Counted from the stretch's first letter, positions 44,674 through 54,105 are shown. The stretch: DNA of 64,000 nt from Clostridiales bacterium (GCA_003343885.1 QAKH01000059.1:8416-72415), one strand, 5' to 3'. Notes: generated by a model not told the origin, from the sequence alone. Numbers and translations: made by a program.

Positions 44674-45147
44674 ATGAAAAGAAAAGTAGATATTCAGGAG
44701 TTGGCGCCTCTGATAAAGGAGGTCGTTGACAGCGGATCACAGATTCGCATTTATCCGAGCGGAAAAAGTATGCTTCCGACAATAGTTGATGGCAGGGACT
44801 CGGTAATGCTTACCGCACCGACCGATCTTAAGAAGATGGATATTGTTTTTTATCAGAGAAGTAACGGTCAATACGTTCTGCATAGAATTGTCGCTGTGAA
44901 GAAAAATTCGTTTGATATGTGCGGCGATAATCAAACAGCGGTAGAGAAGAACGTGCCGGAAAATACGGTAATTGCAAAGGTAAGCGGTATTTATAAAGTC
45001 GATAAATACGTAAGCGTCGAAAGCGAGGAAATGAAAAAACTCGCAAAAAAAATATATAGAAAAAAAACTCTTCAACGCTTTGAAAATACATTAAAAAGAA
45101 TAGTAAAGAAAGTATTGTATCCGATTTACCGGATTATCAAAAAATGA
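44674..45147 (+). CDS. S26/S24-family serine peptidase-like protein without an N-terminal TM anchor
   Basis: It has the motif SGKSMLPTI (GxSMxPT type) and a later VLHRIVAV (SipW/ER-type His context). It has no hydrophobic N-terminus. Confidence 0.55.
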   Translation: MKRKVDIQELAPLIKEVVDSGSQIRIYPSGKSMLPTIVDGRDSVMLTAPTDLKKMDIVFYQRSNGQYVLHRIVAVKKNSFDMCGDNQTAVEKNVPENTVIAKVSGIYKVDKYVSVESEEMKKLAKKIYRKKTLQRFENTLKRIVKKVLYPIYRIIKK

Positions 45148-45178
45148 TTTCAAATTTTATCCTTTTACAGTAAAATAA

Positions 45179-45216
45179 CCGGTGCAGCAATTAAAAGCTG
45201 CACCGGCTGTTTTTTA
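45179..45216. terminator. Bidirectional intrinsic terminator
   Basis: A 10-bp stem ccggtgcagc (45179-45188) pairs with gctgcaccgg (45197-45206). It is flanked by an A-rich run upstream and a T-run downstream. Confidence 0.8.
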
Positions 45217-45249
45217 TTGCATTATTTTCGGTGTACTGATATATCATGT

Positions 45250-46605
45250 TTATCTGCGCCGAACTCTTTTTTTGCCGGAACTAACAAATACAGATATCAA
45301 AAAGTAAATTATGAAAAGTATTACGGCAGATATGGCAAAAACCCTGAACCACCTGCCGGTAACAAGATTTTCAGCCCTGTCCAAAAAGTATAAAACGTTG
45401 CTCTTATCAACGTTTTTACTCGCAACAAGCGGAACAGATCCAAGTACCGTTTCGTTCCTGTATTTAACAACTGCTTCTCCGTAAACTTCGCCTTCGTAAA
45501 CCGGAGCGGAGGCATAATCGTCACTCACACGGGGTTCAACAGTAATTTCTGAGGCATAGTCTAAATCTGTCGGCAAAAGCGCCTTGAGCTCGGCACCAGG
45601 AAGAAGGGTAACGTAATCAGTGTTGACGGCCAGACGAACAGGAATTTCACATATTATGCTTTTTTCAGATAAAACTCCGGTATAGGAAAAATTGTTCAAG
45701 CACATTTCAAGTAAATTTTTTGCGTCAGTGCACGCCATGTTGTTTTCATCATCAGAATATGCGTTCATTACTACGCATAGATAAGTCAGTCCGGATTCAT
45801 CCGCCGCGGTAGTGACAATGCATTCTCCTGCCTCCGGAGTGTTTCCTAACGACATCCCCTTTGCGGCTGAATAGTAGTAATCCTCAGAGCGTACACGTGA
45901 AATTAACAGATTGCGGTTAAGAAGCGTGCGTTGGGCGTCTGTCTGCGGAGTAGGGGAAATGATATAGCGGGTGGTGTTAGACATTTCAAAAAGCGTGTTT
46001 ATATAGTAAAAATACCTTGCAACAATCGCCGTGTCTTTTGCCGTGGTTTTCATTTCGTCAGAATGAAGCCCGGTGGGATTGGTGTAGTGAGTGTTTACAG
46101 CACCAAGCTGTTTTGCCTTTTCATTCATTAAAACGCAGAATTCGTCAATGCTTCCGGCAACATGCTCGGCAAGAACGTTTGCCGCGTCGTTGGCGCCCGT
46201 AACTAAAAGCCCGTATAATAATTGCTCCGCCGTAAAACTCTCCCCGGCTTTTATCGCCATGTTAGCTCCTTTGGTTGCGGTAACGGCAGACTTTGAAGCC
46301 GTTATTGAAACGCTGAGATCCGGAATATTTTCATACGCGACAATCGCCGTCATCAGCTTTACGGTTGAAGCAGGATAAACCATGTCAGAAGCGTTTTTTG
46401 AATACATAACGCTTCCGGTTTCAAGATTGTAAACATACGCCGCATATCCGTCAACCTCCGGAATATCTACAGAGGACGTGTATTCACATATGCTTTTCCC
46501 GTCATACAGCCTTTCGTAAAAAGGTTCGATTTCAGCGGCAAAAGAATTGAGAGAAGCGATTAAGAATATTACGAAAGCAAAAAATATATAACGCAGTGAT
46601 TTCAA
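45250..46605 (-). CDS. D-alanyl-D-alanine carboxypeptidase (S11, PBP5-like) homologue with a C-terminal membrane anchor
   Basis: It has a signal peptide, the SxxK motif PASTVKLMT, YTNPTGL and a C-terminal TM helix. The second and third motifs look atypical (see findings). Confidence 0.8.
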   Translation of the reverse strand: MKSLRYIFFAFVIFLIASLNSFAAEIEPFYERLYDGKSICEYTSSVDIPEVDGYAAYVYNLETGSVMYSKNASDMVYPASTVKLMTAIVAYENIPDLSVSITASKSAVTATKGANMAIKAGESFTAEQLLYGLLVTGANDAANVLAEHVAGSIDEFCVLMNEKAKQLGAVNTHYTNPTGLHSDEMKTTAKDTAIVARYFYYINTLFEMSNTTRYIISPTPQTDAQRTLLNRNLLISRVRSEDYYYSAAKGMSLGNTPEAGECIVTTAADESGLTYLCVVMNAYSDDENNMACTDAKNLLEMCLNNFSYTGVLSEKSIICEIPVRLAVNTDYVTLLPGAELKALLPTDLDYASEITVEPRVSDDYASAPVYEGEVYGEAVVKYRNETVLGSVPLVASKNVDKSNVLYFLDRAENLVTGRWFRVFAISAVILFIIYFLISVFVSSGKKRVRRR

Positions 46606-46619
46606 AGCTTAACTTCCTT

Positions 46620-47594
46620 TCATTTGTCTGCCGGAGAATAAAAGCCGGATAATAATTTTTCTGCCGGCTTGCCTGAGGAAAAATAATCACGGGTTTGTGA
46701 GATATTGTTCATGACATTTTCCGTAAGCTCTTCGAGAGAGGAAAACTTTTTCTCCTCCCTTAACATCTTGCAGAACTTTACCGTGACATCCTTTCCGTAA
46801 GCGTCGCCGGAATAGTCAAGAATATGTGTTTCAAATATAACCGGCGGATTTTGCTTGCCGGAAGAAACCGTAGGCCGAATACCGACGTTTACAACGCCCA
46901 TGTAGTTTTTTCCGTCAATGGTGCATACGCATGAGTACACGCCGAATTTCGGTATAGCCTTTTTTTGGTACTCGAGTTGATTTATCGTGGGAAAACCGAG
47001 TTTTCTTCCAAGTTTGGCTCCATGTGTTACCGTTGTCCTGATAAAATAGGGATATCCTAAAAATTTCTCTGCACTTTCCATGTCGCCGGAACGTATGAAA
47101 TTTCTTATGGCGGTTGATGAAACATGAACTCCGTCGATTTTGTAGTCCGGGATAATGTAGGTGTCTACACCAAAACTGCTCATCAACTCTTTAAGATTAA
47201 GAGCCCCGGCGCAGGCGCCTTTTCCAAAAGTAAAATTTTCTCCGCATACAACCGCAGTAACTTTAAATTTGTCGGTAATGTAGCGGCAAAAATCTTCGGG
47301 GGTAAAGTCCTTTACTTTGGAAAAATTATCGTAAAAAACAAAATCAACACCGAAGTGTTCGAAAATTTCGTTTTTCTCTTCATCAGTAGTTAAAAGGGAA
47401 AAGTCCCGTGCGCCAAGAAAACTTTTTGTATTTACATTAAAAGTGTAAACTCCTGCTTTCAGAGCATTATTGCCGGCAAGCCGGACTGCCTTTTCAAGCA
47501 GAGCCTTGTGACCGAGATGAATTCCGTCAAAATTTCCCAAAGCCAGAATACAGCGCTCGTCAATATGGAAATTGTTGTCTTTTAATATTTTCAT
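46620..47594 (-). CDS. ribF: Bifunctional riboflavin kinase / FMN adenylyltransferase
   Basis: The protein has LGNFDGIHLGH, GFPTIN and THILD motifs. Confidence 0.93.
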   Translation of the reverse strand: MKILKDNNFHIDERCILALGNFDGIHLGHKALLEKAVRLAGNNALKAGVYTFNVNTKSFLGARDFSLLTTDEEKNEIFEHFGVDFVFYDNFSKVKDFTPEDFCRYITDKFKVTAVVCGENFTFGKGACAGALNLKELMSSFGVDTYIIPDYKIDGVHVSSTAIRNFIRSGDMESAEKFLGYPYFIRTTVTHGAKLGRKLGFPTINQLEYQKKAIPKFGVYSCVCTIDGKNYMGVVNVGIRPTVSSGKQNPPVIFETHILDYSGDAYGKDVTVKFCKMLREEKKFSSLEELTENVMNNISQTRDYFSSGKPAEKLLSGFYSPADK

Positions 47595-47670
47595 AATTCA
47601 CCAATGTATATCCAGTTTATATAAATAAGCATATTATTAAGGCTATTATAAGTAATAAAAAAGAAAACGG

Positions 47671-48495
47671 CTAAATCAGTGTTTTCAGATATTTTAGCGT
47701 GTCAAACCCACGCTCAGCATGGTATAAAAGATATTTTTCACACATGTCGCAAAATCCGTCCGCACTTTCAGCGCTTAGCTTGAAACTCAAATATTTTGGG
47801 ATCTCAGCACGTGCAACGTATTCGGCGGCTAAAAGGGCAGGGGCGGAAACATATACGGTATAGGCGCTGTTTTTTATGTCGCCATTCAGACAGTTAACGC
47901 ATATCGGCGCTCCCTCTGATACGGAAAAAGCGTATCTGCCGGTGTCTTGATTAAAGGCAGGAAGCTTGTACGTGCCGCCGTGCTCCGCCATGCCGTCTGC
48001 CTTGTATAATACTTCGGAGCAGTACGCACACTGAGAAAAGTCCGGCGTAAATCCGGCGATACAGCACAGTTTTAACTCAAAGGCAGCCTTTATTTGCCAG
48101 AGCGGCTTGTCCTTTAAATTTGCGGCTGCATACAGCGTGTTTAAAACCAGCCGCATGGCGTCCGACTCATCATTTTCACTTGTACAGAAATTTGTAACGG
48201 CGTCGGACATATAACATGCCAAAGCATACCTTGCAATATCGCTTCGTAACCCGAAAAAGCCGTCCTTCAACACTGCCGTTTTTAGTGATAGATGTGATGA
48301 AGAGGAGCAAATAAGCTCAAGCTCACTGTAACAAAACAGCTGTACGGCGGCGCTGTTTTTGCTCGCAATATTGCGCACGCCTCGGGCATAAACCGTAAGA
48401 ATTCCTCTCTCCGGTGTAAGAACCGTCAAAATACGGTCGTTTTCCTTGTATGCCGTTTCACGAAGTACCACGGCGTCGGTCGTGAATTCACGCAA
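47671..48495 (-). CDS. recO: DNA repair protein RecO
   Basis: An OB-fold N-terminus (TDAVVLRETAYKENDRILTVLT) is followed by the Zn motif CAYC..CVNC. I chose the TTG start at 48495, 7 nt after the era stop and preceded by GAGGA. The ORF opens at 48552 but would then overlap era. Confidence 0.85.
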   Translation of the reverse strand: MREFTTDAVVLRETAYKENDRILTVLTPERGILTVYARGVRNIASKNSAAVQLFCYSELELICSSSSHLSLKTAVLKDGFFGLRSDIARYALACYMSDAVTNFCTSENDESDAMRLVLNTLYAAANLKDKPLWQIKAAFELKLCCIAGFTPDFSQCAYCSEVLYKADGMAEHGGTYKLPAFNQDTGRYAFSVSEGAPICVNCLNGDIKNSAYTVYVSAPALLAAEYVARAEIPKYLSFKLSAESADGFCDMCEKYLLYHAERGFDTLKYLKTLI

Positions 48496-48502
48496 GGTTA
48501 CG

Positions 48503-49945
48503 TCAGTCCTCTTTCTTAAATCCCAGACGTGCCATGTTAAGCTCGCTGTCACGCCAGTTTTCCTTAACCTTTACCCAAAGGTTCAAATATACCTTTTTAT
48601 CGGACATTGCCTCAAGGTCTTCACGTGCGTAGGTCGCCGCCTTTTTCAGCGTTTCGCCGTTTTTGCCTATGATAATTTTCTTGTGCGCTTCTTTTTCACA
48701 GTAAATCTCTGCTCGAATTTCAATAATGCTCGGCTTTTCCTTGTAGTCCTCAATTGTAACGGCTATTCCGTGAGGAATTTCCTCGTCAAGCAGACGAAGC
48801 AGTTTTTCACGTATTACCTCTGCGGCTATCTGACGCACCGTCTGGTCGGTAACCATGTCCTCAGGGAAGAACCAGCGCTCATTGTGCAAAAACTGCTTAA
48901 GTTCCTGCATAACAGTGTCAACGCCCTCTCCGGTGAGCGCGCTTATCGGGATAATGCTCTTAAAATTGTAAAGCTTTGAATATTTGTCAATAGTAACGAG
49001 AAGCTTGTCTTTTTTAGCAATGTCAACCTTGTTTATTAACAATATTGCCGGTAAACGCAAGCTTTTCAGGTTGTCTATAATATCTTTGTCCGCCTTTGAA
49101 ACTTCTCCTTCGCTTTCGGCGACAAGTATAACTGCGTCTGTGTCGGGAATGGCGGTCTTTGCGGCGTTTACCATATATTCTCCAAGCTTGTTTTTAGGCT
49201 TGTGAAGTCCGGGAGTGTCAACAAAAACATATTGTTCGTTTCCGACAGTATGTATGCCGGTAATTCTGTCACGGGTAGTCTGCGGTTTTTTTGAAACTGC
49301 CGCAACCTTTTCGCCGATCATCGCATTCAACAGCGTACTTTTACCGACGTTAGGACGTCCGACAATGCTGATAAAAGCTGTTTTCATGTTCTTTACCGGT
49401 ACGGATTCCTTTGCGGCTGCAGCTGAATGATTAGTGTCAGCGTCAGTATCCGAACCCTGCGCACGCCTTAACCCCAGCTCCTCAAGAACTTCCTCACAGG
49501 TTTCGTTCATGTATTCTTCGTCTTCTTTGCTTACTTCGTGGTCAAAACCAAGCAAATGAAGAACAGAATGAACGCACAGAAAACCAACTTCACGTTCAAC
49601 AGAGTGTCCGTATTCGTCAGCCTGTGCCGCAGCTCTTTCCAGAGAAATGACAATGTCGCCGATTGCGCACGGTTCTCCGCTTTCATCATCGTATTCTATC
49701 TCGCCGTTTTCAAAAAGAGGGAAAGATAAAACGTCTGTCGCACTGTCTTTGCCACGGTATTCAAGATTGAGCTTGTGAATATTTTCGTCGTCTGTAAAGG
49801 TCAGAGAAACCTCAACGGGAAAATCAATTTCCTGATAGTCCAAAGCGGCGGTAATCACCTTTTTTGCAAGAGAACGCAGTGCAGGAGTGAGTTCGACCTT
49901 GTCCTGGTCGTTTTTTGTATATATTGTGTGTTTGATTTTGCTCAT
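48503..49945 (-). CDS. ybeY-era: In-frame fusion of endoribonuclease YbeY (aa 1-~160) and GTPase Era (aa ~187-480)
   Basis: The YbeY part has DVLSFP and the metal motif HSVLHLLGFDH. A roughly 25-aa acidic/Ala linker follows. The Era part has G1 GRPNVGKSTLLN, G3 DTPG, G4 NKVD and a C-terminal KH domain (IIIGKNGETLK). No stop codon separates the two parts. Confidence 0.9.
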   Translation of the reverse strand: MSKIKHTIYTKNDQDKVELTPALRSLAKKVITAALDYQEIDFPVEVSLTFTDDENIHKLNLEYRGKDSATDVLSFPLFENGEIEYDDESGEPCAIGDIVISLERAAAQADEYGHSVEREVGFLCVHSVLHLLGFDHEVSKEDEEYMNETCEEVLEELGLRRAQGSDTDADTNHSAAAAKESVPVKNMKTAFISIVGRPNVGKSTLLNAMIGEKVAAVSKKPQTTRDRITGIHTVGNEQYVFVDTPGLHKPKNKLGEYMVNAAKTAIPDTDAVILVAESEGEVSKADKDIIDNLKSLRLPAILLINKVDIAKKDKLLVTIDKYSKLYNFKSIIPISALTGEGVDTVMQELKQFLHNERWFFPEDMVTDQTVRQIAAEVIREKLLRLLDEEIPHGIAVTIEDYKEKPSIIEIRAEIYCEKEAHKKIIIGKNGETLKKAATYAREDLEAMSDKKVYLNLWVKVKENWRDSELNMARLGFKKED

Positions 49946-50021
49946 TTTTTCAAATCCTTTCTCAAAGGGAAATTGTGCGGTTAAACCGAATGTTTAATAC
50001 ATTTATACCTTTATACCGCAG

Positions 50022-50990
50022 TCAAGAGTCCGATTTTTTGTTCTCGTATTTTTCATAAGCACGTATGATTTTCTGAACTAACGAATGACGTACAATATCT
50101 TTGTCGGACAGATAGTGAATAGCAATATCGGGAATATCCTTTAAAACCTTAACAGCTTCCGTTAAACCGCTTGTAACGCCCCGCGGCAGGTCAACCTGCG
50201 TAATATCACCGGTAACAACGGCTTTTGAGCCGAACCCAAGACGGGTTAAAAACATTTTCATTTGCTCGGGAGTAGTGTTCTGCGCCTCGTCGAGAATAAT
50301 AAACGAATCGTCAAGTGTACGTCCTCTCATGTACGCAAGAGGGGCAATCTCAATAGCACCTTTTTCAAGATTTCTTGTGTAGCCCTCCATGCCTAACATC
50401 TCGAACAATGCGTCATATAACGGTCTTAGGTAAGGATCGATTTTACTTTGAAGATCGCCCGGTAAAAACCCGAGACGTTCTCCGGCTTCAACCGCCGGAC
50501 GAGTAAGAATTATGCGGTTGACTTGTTTTGCACGCAGCGCATTTACTGCCATTGCGACAGCGAGAAATGTTTTTCCTGTACCGGCAGGACCGACAGCAAT
50601 GGTTACAGTGTTGTGTGAAATGGAGTCAAGATATTGCTTTTGACCGACAGTTTTTGCTTTAATCGGTTTGCCTCGGGAAGTGATGCAAACGCAGTCGCCG
50701 TCAAGACTTTGGAGTTGGCCTGCACTTCCGGAGCTTACCATGCTGATGACATATCTGACATTTTGTTCGGTAAGAGGTTCCGAGCGTTCTGTCATTTTTA
50801 AGAGATATTCGATGGCATTAGCGGCATTTTCAACATCGGCCGGATCGTCGCCGATTATTTTTATTCCGTCGGAGCATTGAAAAAGCTGAACGCCGAACTC
50901 GCTTTCAATTATTTTTGTATTTGAATCAAAATCTCCGAATATTCCGGCACGACGTTCCGCCGAAGCAATATTTACAAGCTTTTCTGCCAT
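50022..50990 (-). CDS. phoH: PhoH-family ATPase
   Basis: It has Walker A GPAGTGKTFLAVA and ILDEAQN. ATG 50990 lies 8 nt after AAAGGA. Confidence 0.93.
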   Translation of the reverse strand: MAEKLVNIASAERRAGIFGDFDSNTKIIESEFGVQLFQCSDGIKIIGDDPADVENAANAIEYLLKMTERSEPLTEQNVRYVISMVSSGSAGQLQSLDGDCVCITSRGKPIKAKTVGQKQYLDSISHNTVTIAVGPAGTGKTFLAVAMAVNALRAKQVNRIILTRPAVEAGERLGFLPGDLQSKIDPYLRPLYDALFEMLGMEGYTRNLEKGAIEIAPLAYMRGRTLDDSFIILDEAQNTTPEQMKMFLTRLGFGSKAVVTGDITQVDLPRGVTSGLTEAVKVLKDIPDIAIHYLSDKDIVRHSLVQKIIRAYEKYENKKSDS

Positions 50991-51244
50991 ACACAACATC
51001 CTTTCACACAACTTCACAGAATAATTATACAATATATATATCTTATTTTCAATGATTTTTTCATTATTTATGTATCAAGTTTTTTTTAACTGATTTAATG
51101 GTTGTTTGTGTGTTTTAACAATGCCGCGTGGGTGAGCATACAATACAACGAGCTGCGAATTCAATACACAATCGGGATTACCCGGAAATGAAAGGTGGGA
51201 TATCGGGAAGGAGTATTTCCTTTCCGTGGACAATGAGAAGAGAT

Positions 51245-52114
51245 ATGAAAATTGGTTTTATAGGCGGTGACATGCGGCAGGTGTTCTGTGCTGAAAATCT
51301 TGCAGAAATGGGATTTGAGGCAGCATTGTTCGGCTTTGATAAATATAGCAGCAGCGTAGGACTTTGTACAAGATGCAACAGTCTTGAGGACGCAGCATGC
51401 ATGGCAGATATACTTATACTCCCTCTTCCTGTCACAAGCGACGGAATAAATGTGAATACACCGTTATCAGAAAAAAGCATTTCTCTCGAGTATGTTTTCG
51501 AGCATGCTTTAGGATGCAGTTTGATATTGTACGGCGGAGAGTGTGAAGCTTTAGAAAGATTTGCCCGTGAAAATGGTATAGAAGCAATAAATTATTACGA
51601 GAGAGAAGACTATAAGGTTGCAAATGCCGTTCCCACAGCCGAGGGAGCTGTTTCAATCGCCGTAGACGAAATGCCCGGCACAATATACGGCGCCGATTGT
51701 CTTATACTCGGTTATGGAAGAATAGGAAAGGTATTGGGCAGACTTTTGCACGCTTTTGGCGGAAAAGTTTGCGTAGCCGCAAGAAAAAATGAAGACTTGC
51801 TTTGGGCAAATATAAACGGTTTGAAGAGCGTAAATATAAACAGTATGGAAAGTGAACTCGAAAAAAGCGACCTTATAGTAAATACTGTACCTAAAACTAT
51901 ACTAAAGGACGATTTGTTAGGAAAAATACGCAAAGACGCATTGGTGCTTGACTTGGCATCAAAACCCGGAGGAATTGATTTCAAATCCGCAAAGGAGAGA
52001 GGACTTAACGTCGTATGGGCGTTATCTTTGCCGGGAAAAGTCGCTCCCTTAAGCGCGGGGAAAATCCTGTCAGACACCGTGACAAAAATCCTCAGTGAAA
52101 AAGGAGTGATATAA
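51245..52114 (+). CDS. dpaA: Dipicolinate synthase subunit A (SpoVFA)
   Basis: The protein has MKIGFIGGDMRQ and the Rossmann motif ILGYGRIGK. It pairs with dpaB. The start is uncertain (51233 or 51245). Confidence 0.85.
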   Translation: MKIGFIGGDMRQVFCAENLAEMGFEAALFGFDKYSSSVGLCTRCNSLEDAACMADILILPLPVTSDGINVNTPLSEKSISLEYVFEHALGCSLILYGGECEALERFARENGIEAINYYEREDYKVANAVPTAEGAVSIAVDEMPGTIYGADCLILGYGRIGKVLGRLLHAFGGKVCVAARKNEDLLWANINGLKSVNINSMESELEKSDLIVNTVPKTILKDDLLGKIRKDALVLDLASKPGGIDFKSAKERGLNVVWALSLPGKVAPLSAGKILSDTVTKILSEKGVI

Positions 52115-52674
52115 TGCTTGGATTCGCTATGAGCGGCTCATTCTGTAACTTTGAAAAATCAATTAAAGTTCTGGAGCGGCTAAGCAAAATAAACGACGAA
52201 ATAATACCGATAATGTCGTATAACGCATACACAACCGATACCCGATTCGGTACAGCTCAGTATTTTATTTCAAGAGTTGAAAAATTGTGCTGTCATGAAG
52301 TAGTACACACACTTGCCGACGCTGAACCACTGGGTCCCAAAATAAAACTTGACTGCCTTTGCATATGCCCCTGTACGGGAAATACCCTTTCTAAGCTTGC
52401 CTGCGGAATATACGATACTCCCGTAACTCTTGCGGCAAAAGCGCACCTTCGCTCGTCGAGGCCGCTTGTGATTGCGCTTGCTACCAATGACGCACTGTCA
52501 GGAAACGCTGTAAGCCTTGCGACCATGCTTACAAGAAAAAACGTGTATTTTGTACCTATCGCTCAGGATGACAGCCACAATAAACCGTACAGTCTCGTGT
52601 GTGACTTCAATCTTGTTGAGCAGACTATCGAAAAGGCAATGAACGGGGAACAGATACAACCTCTGTTCTTTTAG
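52114..52674 (+). CDS. dpaB: Dipicolinate synthase subunit B (SpoVFB, flavoprotein)
   Basis: The protein has GFAMSGSFCNF and CPCTGNTLSKLA. Its ATG overlaps the dpaA stop. Confidence 0.88.
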   Translation: MLGFAMSGSFCNFEKSIKVLERLSKINDEIIPIMSYNAYTTDTRFGTAQYFISRVEKLCCHEVVHTLADAEPLGPKIKLDCLCICPCTGNTLSKLACGIYDTPVTLAAKAHLRSSRPLVIALATNDALSGNAVSLATMLTRKNVYFVPIAQDDSHNKPYSLVCDFNLVEQTIEKAMNGEQIQPLFF

Positions 52675-52904
52675 GTTATTTCTACTACAAAAAACTGTCA
52701 TAAATATCGGTAATTTACGTAATAGTAAAAGTTTCATAATTCATTCGTTTTGTTTTACTCAGAACGGATGAATTTTATTTTTGAAATAAAACGCGATGAA
52801 TAAGAGAAATATGTAAAATATTGTTACATTTTATTTCAATTATGATATTTATTGGATGTATATTGTGTGATAAAATAAACCGATTTTGTTGCAGGAGGAA
52901 AATA

Positions 52905-53474
52905 ATGAAAGAGCTTGTATTACTTTTTACGTCATTTTTCAAAATAGGCATAATGACATTCGGCGGCGGATATGCTATGCTTCCTATGCTTGAGCGCGAG
53001 ATAGTAGTCAATCATAAGTGGGCTACAATGGAAGAAGTGATGGACTATTTTGCTATTGGTCAGTGTACTCCCGGAGTAATTGCTGTAAATACTGCAACCT
53101 TTGTCGGATATAAGCGTAAAGGAATATTGGGTGGAATAATAGCAACGCTTGGTGTAGTCGCACCGTCAATTATAATCATTTCCGCGATTGCCGGAATACT
53201 TGATCTGGTGTCCGAGAACAAATACGTAAAGCATGCGTTTGCCGGAATAAGCGTTGCGGTGTGCGCACTGCTCGTGCAGGCACTTATAAAAATGGGAAAA
53301 TCGGGTGTAAAGGATATTTTCACTGCGATATTAGCGGTTTTGTCATTTGCTGTCTCACTTGCTTTCGGAGTTTCGCCGATAATACCGGTTGTGCTTTGCG
53401 GCATTGCAGGCTGCGTATATATGGCAATCCGAGAAAAGAATAAAGAATCGGCTAAAACTAATGGGAAAAAGTAA
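52905..53474 (+). CDS. Chromate transporter (CHR family) half-size subunit, second pair
   Basis: The protein has MTFGGGYAMLPML and QCTPGV. ATG 52905 follows AGGAGG. Confidence 0.85.
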   Translation: MKELVLLFTSFFKIGIMTFGGGYAMLPMLEREIVVNHKWATMEEVMDYFAIGQCTPGVIAVNTATFVGYKRKGILGGIIATLGVVAPSIIIISAIAGILDLVSENKYVKHAFAGISVAVCALLVQALIKMGKSGVKDIFTAILAVLSFAVSLAFGVSPIIPVVLCGIAGCVYMAIREKNKESAKTNGKK

Positions 53475-53491
53475 TACGGAGGAAGTCTTAT

Positions 53492-54052
53492 ATGCATATA
53501 TTGTGGTTATTGTTTATAGAGTTCTTTAAAACAGGACTTTTTTCCATAGGCGGAGGACTTGCAACCTTGCCGTTCCTTTTCCAGATGTCTGAAAGGTATG
53601 GTTGGTTTACGACAGAACAGCTTACCAATATGATAGCTGTGTCTGAGTCAACTCCCGGACCTATTGGGATAAATATTGCAACATACGTTGGTTTTACGAC
53701 TGAAAATCTCGGGGTGTTTGGTGCGATTTTTACAACGCTCAGCCTCGTTCTCCCAAGTATAATCGTAATACTGATAATAGCCGGATTTTTGGAAAAGTTT
53801 AAAGAAAACAAGTACGTTAAGAATGCTTTTTACGGCCTCAGAGCAGCGGTTGTCGGACTGCTTGCATATTCGTTCCTTGCCGTCATAAAGACTACTTTTT
53901 TGGTGCCTGGAGCAAAAGAAATACTTCAAATGGTAGATTTTCGCAAAGTAGCAATGTTTGCAGTAATTTTGTTTTTGGTTCTTAAATTTAAAAAGCATCC
54001 AATACTTTATATAGGTATAGGAGCTGTTTGCGGAATAATCTTTGCACTGTAA
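53492..54052 (+). CDS. Chromate transporter (CHR family) half-size subunit, second pair
   Basis: The protein has FSIGGGLATLPFL and VSESTPGP. Confidence 0.85.
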   Translation: MHILWLLFIEFFKTGLFSIGGGLATLPFLFQMSERYGWFTTEQLTNMIAVSESTPGPIGINIATYVGFTTENLGVFGAIFTTLSLVLPSIIVILIIAGFLEKFKENKYVKNAFYGLRAAVVGLLAYSFLAVIKTTFLVPGAKEILQMVDFRKVAMFAVILFLVLKFKKHPILYIGIGAVCGIIFAL

Positions 54053-54060
54053 AACAAAAA

Positions 54061-54105
54061 ATGACTCAAAGTTCAAATGTGAACTTTGAGTCATTTCTAT
54101 TTTCT
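54061..54105 (+). terminator. Intrinsic terminator
   Basis: A perfect 15-bp stem atgactcaaagttca pairs with tgaactttgagtcat (54061-54094), followed by T-rich sequence. Confidence 0.8.
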
